Assembly (NCBI RefSeq): GCF_964204645.1
Contig: NC_134034.1
Coordinates: forward strand, 14,001,910 to 14,065,909
Source of the DNA: Tubulanus polymorphus
Lineage: Eukaryota; Animalia; Nemertea
Direction of reading: 5' to 3'
DNA: 64,000 nt
Each line of letters starts with the position of its first letter. Position 1 is the stretch's first letter. The translations under genes and the position numbers were made by a program. Positions 1 through 13,905 of the stretch are shown here, piece after piece. The notes under the pieces are model-generated. The model saw only the letters and a list, made by a program, of their open reading frames with translations. It did not search any database and was not told the origin of the DNA.

Positions 1-308
1 GACCTTTTAAAGAACATTTCACATTTAAAATGTAGTTTTAGATTTAAATAGCTATATCAGGAATAAAACACGTTATTGATAGTTTATATCATTATGATGA
101 TATTTATGTAAAGAAGACAGGTTCTGTTACGGGTGATGAAGCTCTGCAGTTTTACACCCGGAGACGGTTTAGGACGGCGTCCAGAATAGACTGAACGAGC
201 TCCAGAGTGTGGAAGGTTTTTCTATTGTATCGAGTTTGCCGGGTTTTGATCGTCAGTTTGTACGTAAACATCTACCATGATTTGTGGAACTCGACGTATT
301 GTATTCTA

Positions 309-3300
309 ATTTATATCTTGAGTGTAAAAAAAAAACGTGAAATTTATTTTAGATTAACACAATGTATTTCTCAAGTTGAGTGTGAACTGTTGGTTTGATC
401 TGAATGCTGTGGAACACGATATCTGAGTGACTGTTAAAACCCTTCCATGATTGGCACTGTCCCCCAGAGATGATTTTGGTAAAACCAGTGTCTCTGGTAA
501 ACTTTGCATCATTCATAATCTACTCAACCAAAATGAATAAACTTGAAACCAAATTTTAGAATCTACTGGGCTTCATTTCTGAATGATTGTTGTTTGTTTT
601 GACTGGTGCGTTGTCGTGGTGATGGCAAGGTGATATTCTGGATCCGATGTCTGGAAAAATAGTAATTCCTCAAAGCAGAGCCAAATTTCATCCTGAAATG
701 AATAACTACACTTATTTTCATCGATATGATAATGAAATGAGTTTATTTGAGCAAAATACTTCATAGATATTCATCACAGAAATATAGAATTTGTCGATGT
801 CGGCCGCGCCCCGCTGATAAACTAGGTGAAATACCTATTGTGAGTCACCGATTAAAGTTTTTAAGTTTCTTTGTTTGAAATACCGGTATTTTATTGGGAA
901 TATTTTTCACATAATTCTTGAGTGAACTATTGCACGGAAATCGCAACAAATTCCTAATTTCATGGTTTTATTTCCCGCAACTATCAATTCGGAGCGGCAT
1001 TTAAAGTCTACCGCGGACACTATCGTGAACTCTTTAGTTGGTGCCCGGAGCGCTAATGCCCCTGAGTCCTAGTCGACCTCGATCTGCGCGGACTACAGAA
1101 CTAGCCCTCCCAAGTGGAGTATGTCCCATTTAAGAATGATGGCGGACGAATCAATCGAAATTTACACTTGAAATATTTAGAAGCTTCTCTTTCAACGCAG
1201 AAGTGACAGAATGTCTTCAAACCATTTCAACATTGAAATACAGTAAGTAACTTTACTTATGAATCGAATACTTTTGTTGTACGGTTGAAGGTGATTCGAG
1301 ATGGAAGGTGTCGGAACACAGGGGCTTGTCGTCACAATGAATTCCGATTTCCGTCACAATTTGATAAACGGATGGATGACACCAGTTGCCAGTTTCCCTA
1401 TCTAGGTATGACTGCAGTTTAGGTGTCCCTAATGGTATGTACCTAACCTTACCATAACACTATTCTTTAATAACACTAGCGCCACCCAGTGGATAGGTGA
1501 CCCAAACTGCAGTTAGCCCCCCTATCTATATAAGGATACTGGTGTGGTCCATCCTCAATCAAATGGTGAGAAGCTCCTGTGTGTTGGACATAAAACCGCC
1601 ATGTCGAGCTAATGCGTGTAAAACTGTCGGCCGACATTCAAGATTCAATTAGTAAAATGTATATCTAGTGTGGATTGAGGCCTAATATAAACTATTATTA
1701 TCAATACAGATGGAGCATTTGAGCATTTTGACCCCAGTATCCTAGGTACTATATATAAAAAGACTGAGGATACTGGGGTCAAAATCTTTTTGTGTCAAGT
1801 CCCTGTAATTGCTATCAACACAGATGGAGAATTTGACCCCGCGGATACCCTTGATTTTAGAGTGCTTTCTCTGACAGGTTTCTATGTTTATTTCAGGGTG
1901 ATGCTCTACTAATTAACTGCAGTCATCAGGAAGTTCAAGAAATAACTGTTTGCAATGAAGTGAACAAGTGATCCCTCGATTCAGGTAGATATATCTTAGG
2001 CCTTAATCACAGACCTCTAGAAACTAAATAGTTTCAGTGGTGTTTTAAAACCGAGTTAACCAAAATCCAAGCAGGTTTTCAGCGCCGTTCTCAAATCATT
2101 GATGCCATCATGATTTGAAAGCTTGTCAAAGATTGCGGCTCAATTTACTGTGTTTGGGACTAAACAAAAATTTTGCTGCGATGAAATTTACTGTGGAAAT
2201 ATCAAACATGTTTGAATGGTGCGATTCACCTGCTGCTGAGCAACGAACACGCTGAAAATTTCATTGTGAAATCTGTAATTTCAGACGGTGTGGGAATAAA
2301 TTCATATAGTGTTCCCTGCTCTAAGTCTGAACCAATTTACCGTTAAGTCTTGTATGAAAAAAGATTGTAACACTGAAAATTCTTGGCACTAAAAGCATTT
2401 TGAATCTTGTTGAATCTGTTTTCATTTTTTATCTGATGAAGAAATAATGATTTTCAGTGTTTTGTATTATTTCAGATGTAGGCGTAACGCTAGAGTTTTG
2501 TTTATTCTACTCAAAAGAAGATGATGTTTAGATCAGGTTTGTTTAGTTACTCTTATTCATGTCGAATATTTGATATGATTTTTGTGAATTGCTCTAATGA
2601 TGTTATAATGAACGTTGTTTGATTTATTTTCAGTCTAATGGAGGAGGATCTCAATAACTGAAACCTGCGACACGTCTACACCTGATATTGACTGCGCATC
2701 AAATGAATGAATTATTGAATCTAAATGACTGTGATGTTTCATGCTGATTGGAGGATTTGGAGGAATGTCTCAGGTTCGAACCCAATGACTGTGTTGCGAT
2801 GTCCCAGGTTCAAACCCAGTGATTCTGATCAGATGATGAACTAAGGTGTCTTATTACTTCACATACATTAGTTACATGTTCGCCACCTCTTGGAATTTTG
2901 CTGAACCACTAAATTACTGGAAAAGCTAATTGCGACGGTTGGCAAAATGAGTTACATATCGCAGGCGCCATCTATCGGAAATTTGAGTTGTGAACTTTTG
3001 ATCTGAACACATTTTATCACAAAATCTGAGTGACTAAAAGCCCTTCAGGGATAGGACAGTGAAATTAACCATCAGTACTGAAACTCTAACTTTGCATCAT
3101 TCAAAATCTACTCAACCAATATAAACAAACTTTTAACCAAATATAAGAATCTACAGGGCTTCATTTCTGAATGATTGTTGTTTGTTTTGACTGCTGCGTT
3201 ATCATGGTGATGGCAAGGTGAATTTCTGGATCCGATTTCTGGAAAATTAGTAATTCCTCAAAACACAGCGAAATTTCATACTGAAATGAATAACTACACT

Positions 3301-3598
3301 AATTTTCATTGATATGATAACAAAATGAATTTATTTGAGCAAAATATTTCATAGAAATATAAAACTTGACCTCGAATGATGATACTGGAGGCCGTAATGT
3401 TGAGTCCGGGTGACCCCTAGATACTTCAGACCTCACAGATGATGATGAAAACTGTCATGAAAACTGTGTTCTCCCCTTCTTCAGAATCAAGCTATAAATT
3501 AAGAAAAGATATTTGCATTATTTACTTAAAAAGTGTCATTATTGCTTAGGCTACATTCTGCTTTCATCAATATCAATATCTATAAGCCTATGTGCCCC
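309..3598. repeat. Copy of the main subtelomeric segmental repeat unit (about 1.3 units)
   Basis: Shares long blocks (e.g. gtgttttaaaaccgagttaaccaaa at ~2040; gtcatggtgatggcaaggtga-like motif) with 18.7-21.4 kb and 22.8-44.1 kb. Confidence 0.9.
1405..1519. mobile_element. Small MITE, 9-bp TSD (Mutator-like)
   Basis: TIRs GGTATGACTGCAGTTTAGG / CCCAAACTGCAGTTAGCCC; CCCTATCTA duplicated at 1396-1404 and 1520-1528; the empty site is seen in the paralogous unit at ~23395. Confidence 0.75.
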
Positions 3599-5931
3599 TA
3601 GAGGAACCTTATCTATTTTCTGAATTGATAATCAATGGAGTTTCAATGCACCTTATTTCTTATGCATAATCTATGGGAAATATAGAATGAAATGTATTCA
3701 ATGAATTAAACTCTTGTGTCCATGATTCGAACCCTGTAACTTGCCATTGGCTGTTGAAGGAGAGAATTTTTCCCGGGTTCCAGCGTCCGCATATTTGACA
3801 CCAAATTTCTTTCCAAAATTTTCCTTCCATACAAAAACTAACTCATTTTTACTATAGAATCAATCTTATATAGGTCTATGTAGTGTTAATGGAAATAAAT
3901 AGAAATATATTTATAAATAGACGATTATTTCTCGATATTATGGTCTGATGGTGTATGGTCTTCTGGTCTCTTCTTTTCCCTGGTTTAGGATAACACGGAC
4001 ACGCAGCAGGAAAACTGGAATAATCATTTGTCACATCCCAAACACCCCGTCCCCAGACGCGCATCCGCATGTGGTATAAGTCAAACCTCGGACTACATAA
4101 ATTGCTACCTGGGTTCAAGTTGACATGTTTGATTGAGTTTGGACACTTATTCGATCAGTAACTTTGAGCCTTTATTTCGCTTCGATAGAATCGAGAGAAT
4201 TTTGCCCTCCATATGATTTCTACATAATGATATGCTGCAGTCACATGTATCATATTATCTCGTGCGCGACGCCGTCTATGAGATCACAAACATAGACCCG
4301 TCCAGTGAGAGGGTAGTGCCATCTTCAAGTTCCTTTTTTACAGATATCATTAAAAACGGCGATGAAAATTAATAAACACCTCTAAAACCTCAATCAGTAA
4401 AGTATCGAGGATGGAACTATCCCCGGCTCGATATTTCAAGATATATGTAACAAATGGACCCATCCCGCATCCGCTGTCGCAATAGCTCATCCCCCTATTG
4501 TTGCAACACAATAGAACACGCCACAATTGAAATATCCCGCGCACTAGCAATAGACGATATCCCCCAATTGAGATCGATTAGCCAATCAGCGGCCGCGTAC
4601 TGGAGCGTGCCTGGACTTGTCGCAGGCGCCGGGAAATTCGATTTCATCGAATAAATCGTAATATCAGTCGAATCGTGCGCCATCTTTCGCTATTCTGATT
4701 GGATTTCACTCGGAAAGGAATTAATTCAATCGGGAATCGTATGTTCATTACGGAGAAATTGTTTTGGAAAGTTTTAAGATTGTATGAACTGAAAAAATTG
4801 GAACGATTTTCAACCGAACTTCGATAGAAAATTTCGCCTGAAAACTGGATTTTAAAGACTTGGACACGGAATTAAATTGACTCAGGATTGGATTAACTAT
4901 GAAATAACTGGATCAGGTCGGAAACTGGTGAAAAGTTGCAGTTTTGTAGGTAGGAAAAATTTCTTAATATCAACGAATGTAATCATGTTATTTAGGTTTT
5001 TATAGGGAAATATATTATTATCATTATAGGAAGTTTACAAATATCTTAAACATTCAGAACGCAGGACATAGAACTTCACTACCCGAATTATATACGTAAT
5101 CTAGTATATAGTTCGTTGATACGTTTCCAAAACTTTCAGCCGTTTATTTTTCTTACCGATTCTAAATACCCCTCCTTTTCAAATGGGCTAGATATAATAT
5201 TTATATTTTGTTTTTATGCGTGACTCTTGCATGAAACTTATTTTTCTTAAGTCACTTGAACGTGATGATGTTGAGCAGCAGGGCTTTCAAAATATAAGTT
5301 GCGGCTATGTCAGCCGTCGCATCCCACTCTAGTAAGAATCCTGCGACGGCTATGAAATACCTCGTCTGAGGAATACAGATTTTTCGTAAGTCAAATTTCA
5401 TTCATCACTGCACTCAACACTAGTTTGTTAGAAATTAATAACTGTACCATCATTAGAGCTTTAAGGAGAGTAAATGGTATGATAGAATCTCCCTAATTCC
5501 GATCATTGGGACCAACAAAATTCATCCGTTTTGCGGCAAATCCGGATTAAAAGTCATTTTCGTGTATAATTAATGATTAAATGATTAAATTAAATGATTA
5601 AATTGACAGTAAATATTATCCGGATTAGACCAAAATTCGGATTAAGCCGATGCGGATTAAACGATTTACTTTGACTGTATCAGCCAATAGAATCAGTCTT
5701 GGAATACAGAAAGACGTTCACGATTGAGTTATGTACAAATACCGATATGAGAAAAGCTTAGATTCACCTCCTAAGCCATCACCCATGGAACTGGCCCCAG
5801 GGCACTAAAAAGGCTATTACCAAGAAACAAACACTGACGCGAGTGTTGGCCTGTTTAATAAACGCAGAAACCCAAGTGTTGGCCTTGTACCACACTGACC
5901 ACACGTATTCACAAACATTGTCAGCCACCAG

Positions 5932-6034
5932 AACTCAGCGGTCTAGTGGTTAGCGTGCTCGGCTGGCATGCTGGAGTTCGCGGGTTCGAGTCCTGCTAGG
6001 GTTAGGGTTACCGTCGATCTGGGGTTAGGGTTAG
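5932..6034 (+). ncRNA. tRNA-derived (SINE-head-like) sequence fused to TTAGGG repeats
   Basis: A-box-like TCTAGTGGTTAG, T arm GCGGG-TTCGAGT-CCTGC, immediately followed by TAGGGTTAGGGTTA and GGGGTTAGGGTTAG; anticodon arm imperfect. Confidence 0.7.
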
Positions 6035-6716
6035 TGCCTCAGGTTGGGGCTAATTTTGGCCCAGCGAGGTATTTGTAGTACGATGATCATCTGTTTGACT
6101 CGGGTTGTTTTTTGGTCAATAGATTCTATACTAACTTATATATTTTGAACACATATATTTGCTAGGGGAGGCCACTTTATTTAAAAGATACTTCGCTCAA
6201 TACAGTAGTTTATTTCTAAATGAATAAAAGAGTTGGTGACATTATTCAATATATATAAAAACCACAATATCTACTTTACGGTTGGTATGCAACAATTTCC
6301 ACTCTTTTCCATAGGTGTCGCTTTGGATAAATGTCTATATCTCTTGACCCAATGGACCGATTACGATTAAACTTGATACACAGGAACTTTTATCAAGTAG
6401 CACTCGGGGTGGGTGAAATCGCTCTAGGTTGAAGTTACACTGTCCTAAAATGGCTTCAAACAACGTGAAATTGGTAGTTAGGCCTACTACGAGTACGGGT
6501 AGAACACAGTTTGAAATCGTATCGTTGTAGGTTATCGTAAAGAAGATGTATCCGTTAATACGACGATTAACAGTACAAATATCGATATAGACACGGTTTT
6601 AATCGAGACATTGATCGCCGGGTTTAAACATTCCTGGATATGACCATGTTTCACAATTAAATTCATCTTCTAAATGAGGACGACCATCGATCACGTGTCT
6701 AATCGCATCATAATGG

Positions 6717-7385
6717 GTACGGGGTGTCCCGCGTTCGAACCAAGTAATTACTGATACTGGTTCAGAGTGGTCTTGATACTGAATAGAGGATGTACAGGGG
6801 TATCCCGAGTTCGAACCCAGTAATTACTGATACTGATTCAGAGAGGTCCCGATGCTGATTAGATGATGTACAGGGGTGTCCCGGGTTCGAACTCAGTAGA
6901 GGTCCAAGTTGTCCTGATGCTTGATAGAGGATGTACAGGGGTGTCTCGACCGTACGGTGCTGCCGCTATGCTCATCGTTAGCGGGATTTCCATATACTAA
7001 CTGAAGTCAACTCTGGCAATCGTCGTGCTGTCCAGTTATACTCCGTTACCCTTGCTTGCCAGAGTTGACTAACGTTAGTGTATGAAAATCCCGCTACCGA
7101 TGAGCATAGAGGCAGCACCGTACGGTAAAATGTTGATATCTTAACAAAAGTAATTACTGATAAATGATTCAGAGCGGTCCTGATGCTGAATATAGGATGT
7201 AGAGGGGCATCCCGGGTTCAAATCCGGTCTATTGGCACTGATTCTGATTGGTCCTGATGCTGAATGGAGGATGTACAGGGGTATCCCGGGTTCGAACTCA
7301 GTAATTACTGATACTGATTCAGAAAGGTCCTGATGCTGATTAGATGATGTACAGGGGTGTCCCGGGTTCGAACCCAGCATTATTC
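6717..7385. repeat. ~65-76 bp minisatellite carrying B-box-like GGTTCGAACCC
   Basis: Repeated gatgtacaggggtgtcccgggttcgaacccagtaattactgatactgattcaga; second array at ~18170-18655. Confidence 0.8.
6949..7126. mobile_element. Hairpin/foldback MITE-like element (~70-bp arms)
   Basis: accgtacggtgctgccgctatgctcatcg...gtcaactctggcaa is the inverse complement of ttgccagagttgac...cgatgagcatagaggcagcaccgtacggt; paralog at 18315-18485. Confidence 0.75.
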
Positions 7386-7394
7386 TAGGTTGTT

Positions 7395-7553
7395 GGGATC
7401 ATTCATTTATTACGTACGCATAAAATTTGAAATTTTCAACCCCCTCCCCCTCTGTACGCAAAATCGGCCATTTTCTCATATACATTAAGCATTACAGTAC
7501 GCAATTGCATTGACCCCCTCCCCCCCTAATGCGTACGTAATAAATGAATGACC
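7395..7553. mobile_element. MITE with 3-bp TSD (PIF/Harbinger-like)
   Basis: TIRs tcattcatttattacgtacgca / tgcgtacgtaataaatgaatga; GTT on both sides; absent at the paralogous site ~18660. Confidence 0.75.
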
Positions 7554-8989
7554 GTTTCTCGAAAAATGATTAAATAACGCACACACGACTTACAGCAAAA
7601 TTTATCTATATTTATTCCTCATTGTCATGTAATGCACCTGCCTTTTTAAGAATAGTAGTTGGACCATCGAATTGAAACCCTCGCATACCAGGGTGAAAAA
7701 GAATAAATGAATCCCTCGAGTGGACACCAGGGGTCGCAGTTTCACAAAAAACAATCCATTTTTTAAATGAATTTGCGAAGAAATTGATCAAATCTCACAA
7801 ATCTTTGATGATAATTAATCCGTCGGTAGGATTTGGTTTTATGATGCGGGTTTCAATCAGATTTAGATGCCGCAGTTTCGCACACTGAATAGCGAGTGTC
7901 CAGTTTCATAGAGAAAGGATGAATCAATTTCAACTAGGGATTTAATTTTTTCTTCAAAATAAAATGTTTGAACGCAATTGGTTCGTGAAACTGTACCCTA
8001 GGCTCAGTTTCTTCAAAAATATTCATTTATTGAGACGGTAAAGTCGAATTGAGTAAAGTTTTTTTGAGTTAATTATTTCTATGAAACTGAACCCGTGGGA
8101 TTTACGTGTGACGCACTGAGTGTGTGTGAAACTGCTGGCGTCTGTAATCACAACTAAAACAACACAGAAAATTCATCTTTATTTCAAATAAAACAGAACA
8201 ACAGTTCACACGAAATATTATAGTCCCATAATAAAGAAAACCTGTCGATATTTCAACTTTATGGTTTCATTGATTGAGTGACTTGTCATAACATGTCCAT
8301 ATTACATCATTATACAATATGTGTATCATACAATTTTTTACAAAACCAGACCAATAAAACTGGGTCGTGGGGTACAAACAATTACAAACTAATGCAACCA
8401 GTTATCGCTGCTTTACAGCTACATTTAATCTTCAATTTCAATTTTCACTTAAACTTTAAAACCCACTATATAGAAACTTAATAGAAGTAAAAGCGACAAC
8501 ATTTTGGAGTCTCTGTAGAGACCATCATCAAGTCTGAAGAATAACTAAAACAGGGAAAAACAAGTTAATTAGGAAAGTAAAGCGAGTGTTCAGTGCTAAG
8601 GTCGAGAGGTTTTGTTATTTTGTGCGTATAGGTTGTTCTAGTTATTTCTTCATTATACTTTTATTATTTTGATTCTTGATAAATGAATTTTGCCTTAAAT
8701 TTGCATATAGCAGGGTTTAAATTATATATTCTATGCCCGAGTCAGGCTATTATTCTATTAGCAAAAATGACACCACAGCTTTGAGAGACGAATCAGGGGA
8801 TGACTTTATTGTTTTTATGTATACGTGATACACAGTCTATCAAACCATCACAAACAGTAGGCTGCCCGTGCCGGTCGGCACAGATAAACAATATTCATTT
8901 GGCTTTAAACTTAAAAATTGCAGATCTGAAATAAGTGGCAGCATATCAATCTCCAGGTAGATGGCTGGTTCCTGTCCCTGTCAAATGGC

Positions 8990-9321
8990 AAATTGGTCCC
9001 GATCCCCACTTCGTCCTAGAATAGAGAAAACCTGTGTCAGCAAATATTACATTGAAAATGTTCAATTGAATTAACAGTCAAGTGGGAATTATTGTTTTCA
9101 TGAAATATTTCGGAAACTAGAATTTATCATTACCTTATAATTCTAGATAATTCAACACCATTATTCAATCTTTGGTCAATTTTCAAACTGTTCAATTGGA
9201 CAAATTTCATGCTGCAAAAAATCATCATACTATGAAAAAGTAACGTATTTATAGCAGTCGGAAATTGGGGCTAAATTCTATTAGAAAATCAATCATTTTC
9301 AAACTGGTGTTGAGCAGAATT

Positions 9322-9365
<44 letters not shown>

Positions 9366-10790
9366 GCACTGCTTCCCGGAGAATCACACATAAAAATTCT
9401 GTACAGAATAATTAAATGTTAGAATATTATGAAATTAGAGCACAGTGGAGTGATGAAAGACTCACCATTTCTAAACTCATATCAGATTAGTTCAGTGCCA
9501 TCTAGCAGGATTTCACTTCCAACAGTAATAATGTCATAAAGTTAAGAGAACTGATGATTTTCTGAGAAAATAAATTCTTAAAACGATAGCAGCAGCTTCA
9601 GCAACTAGAGCTTCTTTACTCTTTGAAGGTGAATATTTTTAATTTCTCCAGTTCCAAAAAGGGCGTATTGCATTCTGGAAAGAGAAAATTATGCCAGAAA
9701 ATGGTTAATGAAATAGATAAAAACTGCAACTTGTTTGTGTTCGATTGACAGAAAACCTACCAGGTTAATGAGTAGTTTATCACAATATGTTGAGTATATG
9801 CAGATTTCTGAGAGGTTTGATGGTAGCTTTAGACTGCGTCCTCTAGTAAAACGTTGATACCTGCCAACATTGACCGATCAAAACATCATTTTCTGGACTT
9901 GATTCTGGACTTGATTTGAAGATCACCACAAATTACTGCAATAAATCGATATAAAACTCACCGCTTCTGACTTGTTTGATTTGTAGAGCGCAACGTTAAC
10001 TGGAAGTTCAGCTTTATTTTAGACCCTAGAATACAACAGTTGTATAATTTTGATGATTCGAACTTTGACCAGAATAGAAGTGATTGAAAATTCGCCTTCA
10101 CTGATTAATGTAGCTTCTAATCAGGAAATGAGTTTATAAATGTACAGTCAAACAGAGACTAGAATCTGTAGAGATATTTACCGGTACCGTATTGGTTTTG
10201 AGGATCTAAAGCGATGTCCATCTTAAACAAATGTGAAGTGAATTCCCAATGTTTACTGTTCACAGATTCTATCAAGGGTTCCAGTTATTTCAGCTCCTAA
10301 ATACAAATTTTAGAAATTGTCAGTTAAGCTGTTATGAAATAAGAGCAGTTTCACACCAAATCAAACTAAGCCGTGATCTTTGAGTGATTGAATGCTGGAA
10401 ACATAAACAGATAGAATAATTTATATAGAACAGTTCTCTAAAAATAATGAATTTCCAAACAGGTTTTACCTGCTGCTGCTGCAGCTGCTGGTGGCACTGT
10501 TGCTGCATGGTGCTGGTACTGCAGGTACTGCCAGTGCTGCTGTTGCAGCTGCTGGTGGCGCTGTTGCTGCATGGTGCTGGTACTGCGGGTACTGCCAGTG
10601 CTGCTGTTGCTGCTGCTGCGGTGTGTATCTCATCCTGTAACTGAGAGTAAAACAGTAATTTTTAGTTCAAAAATAGTTCAAAATATGAACAGAGACTGTG
10701 AAGCATTCAATGGAGAAATTCATTACCAGTTTTATACTTACCTTAAATGAGCCTGTTTAAATAGTAAATTATATTGCATTCATTTCATTC
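8990..10790 (-). pseudogene. Putative decayed multi-exon gene or spliced non-coding locus
   Basis: Alternating minus-strand donors (ctcac 9461, cctac 9756, actcac 9956, tttac 10177, acttac 10736) and pyrimidine-rich acceptors (9562, 9675, 10026, 10297, 10641, 10790); most exons contain stops. Confidence 0.35.
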
Positions 10791-10872
10791 TGAAAAGAAA
10801 AAGAAACAATAATCAGTGACAAAAGAGCAGAATGTAACCTCAAATTATCAATCAATCAGACAGAAACAGTAC

Positions 10873-11073
10873 AGGATTTCTGCAGATTAAACTGCTGTAC
10901 TTATTTCATACTGATTGAACAGTTACAGATACATGTAACATTGTGTACAGATACAGAGAACAGATCACTGCATTACTTCATCCTGTGATTGAACAGTGAT
11001 TTAATGTTCTCTCATCTTCATTAGATTCCCATCCGTCTAACTAAAACATCAGAACATTTCAACTCATCTAACC
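10873..11073. repeat. Left arm of ~200-bp inverted repeat (right arm 14827-15026)
   Basis: gattaaactgctgtacttatttcatac...cccatccgtctaactaaaacatcagaacat is reverse-complemented at 14827-15026. Confidence 0.9.
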
Positions 11074-11390
11074 TCCCGACCCAACCCTCCCAGACCCGAT
11101 CCCTCACGCCCTCCTTCCCTCCCTCACCCCTTCCCTCCCGCCCTCTTCCCTCCCGCCCATACCCTAGCCCTCCCTCAATGCCCCCCCACCTGGCCCTCCC
11201 TCAATGCCCTCCCACCTAGCCCTACCTCAATGCCTCCTCAACTCTCTCAATGCCCTCCCACCTGGCCCTCCCTCAATGCCCTCCCACCTAGCCCTACCTC
11301 AATGCCTCCTCAACTCTCTCAATGCCCTCCCACCTGGCCCTCCCTCAATGCCCTCCCACCTAGCCCTACCTCAATGCCTCCTCAACTCTC
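11074..11390. repeat. C-rich low-complexity tract with 72-bp minisatellite
   Basis: Repeating ccctccctcaatgccctcccacctagccctacctcaatgcctcctcaactctctcaatg; the ORF track shows 24-aa periodicity. Confidence 0.85.
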
Positions 11391-12511
11391 TTGTCTCCTC
11401 TTCACACACCACACATCTGTACAATAACTACAAAACGATTTGCCATTTTTCACGATCATATCAATTTCATTTATAAATCAAAATCCTTAATCAATTGCAT
11501 CATTGATGCGACTCACAGATACTGTCTCTACACATTTTGGAGGCATTCAGATGACCTCAAATGATCATATGCCTGGGTTGGTCTTGAAAATCACATGGCT
11601 TCATTTTTACAGATGATTTCTTTATCAATTTCATCAAATCAGATGATTTCTTTATCAATTTCATCAAATTATTCCTATTATTTCTACTCCCTCTAATAAG
11701 TATTCACAATATATCTCAGTTTCATGACAAGTTGCAGCAGTCGTCTGTAAACAGATTTCATTTCATCAAATGATGCGAGTTTGAGTTGTAGAGGTTTCAT
11801 CTACAAAACATCAAACCAAACCTGAGGAACCTAATGTTGTAGGGGGAGGTATACAAAGGGTTCACCCGAACCGAGGAAATAAACCCGAACCAAACCTCCA
11901 CACTCACAAAATGTCGTGAGAAGGGCAAACACAAACCAAGGACAAGAATGATGGCTGAGGTCAAAACAATTAATGCTATTTATGTTGCTTCACCAATTCA
12001 ACATGACTTCACTAAATGAAACCATTGTGGACTATTTCAATACTCTCTACTAAAGGTTTCATATAAGCAAGTAGTTTATGGAATCCTATTCATAAAAGTT
12101 ATAAGTCAATGTTTTTAAACTGCTGATGCAAAATATATACGTCATTAAATAATCTGTTTGATTGTCTTTTCAAGTTAACACTTAAACCCAGTGGAACAAA
12201 TCAAACTCCAGCCATTTTTCCTTCATTTGCCATTTTTCGTTTTTACTCTTTTCTCTGACTTTTAGCACTTGAGTCGAGGTAGGAATAGACCCCTGCCCGC
12301 TCGCTAAGCGTGCAGGACACTAAACCTTCGAATTGCTCTCGGACCCCACTCTTTATATCAGCATTTCATGCTGTTTTATTTTATTCACGCATTCGCTTTA
12401 CATTTTTTCATATGGCTTTTCCTTATTTGTCGTCTCACTAAAATTCTCATCCGTTCCGACTGGGATCAAGTTTAATCTTTTAGAGACAAACAGCAAAAGG
12501 TTGTGTTAGTT

Positions 12512-12933
<422 letters not shown>

Positions 12934-13039
12934 AACACTGATACAGATGAATCTTTCATTAACTACGTCATTTGTTCCATTCTCAAATATTGAGTCATGA
13001 AGGCAACAGAAATAACTTTAAAAAACGTTAAATCTTTCA

Positions 13040-13290
13040 TTTATGGCCTTGGTTTAGTGACCTAAGCGTCAAATATTGGTTCATAGCCCAGGTTTGGTGA
13101 CCAAAGAGTCAAAGTTTGGTTCATGGCTCAGGTTTAGTGACCAAAGAGTCAAAGTTTGGTTCATGGCTCAGGTTTAGTGACCAAATAGTCAAAGTTTGGT
13201 TCATAGCCCTGTTTTGATGACCAAAGAGTCAAAGTTTGGTCTATGGTTCTGATTTGGTGACCACGGAGGGTAAATATAGCTCATGACCCT
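13040..13290. repeat. 40-bp minisatellite
   Basis: tcatggctcaggtttagtgaccaaagagtcaaagtttggt, about 6 copies. Confidence 0.9.
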
Positions 13291-13905
13291 CGTTAAAGGT
13301 AAGTCAGTTTTATGGCTCTGGTTTGATTAGCAAATAACATGAGGAATTGAGCATTGCATATGTTGAATAGGGAATTGGACTAAACACTCATCACTAGAAT
13401 AAAGTGAAGAATTATGTTCACACTGAATGGGCTCAAAATCTTGGACTAATTGATAAAGTCCGAAATAATTCTGACTAATTTGAGTCTACCGGAAAATGAT
13501 GCATTGATCGAAGTCTAAAAGCTATAAACTGACAAATTGATCGAGCACTGATAATATTTTAAATAACAGCGGAGGATGAAATAACTTTCATAAACTGATA
13601 TGATCGTGAAAAATGGCAAAATACACTAGATACACCTCCCCCACGCTTTATCAGAGTCTCATTGTAGTAGGAAGATTGCCGTAGCCTAACTGTAAAAACT
13701 ACATCTGGTTGAATATCATTTACAGCTTTTAAATTCAGTAAAATATTTCCTGATAGAAGTATAATTAGTTCGCAGCCCCTTAAATTCTGTCTAGAATAGA
13801 ATTATAAGTCACAGGTAGAAATAGAATATTATCCTATTCTAAAATGAATATAATAATAGAACAATAGTCTCTCCGTGTCAATCTTTGTCCCACCTAGAAA
13901 TTGTA

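Larger units (their letters stand above)
5367..7617. repeat. Segmental duplication, copy 1 (paralog 16834-18726)
   Basis: Near-identical sequence from tgaggaatacaga to tttattcc in both places. Confidence 0.9.

Noticed and set aside
4540-4960. Promoter with paired CCAAT boxes and a first exon
   Set aside because: The motifs are short and no downstream gene can be tied to them from sequence alone
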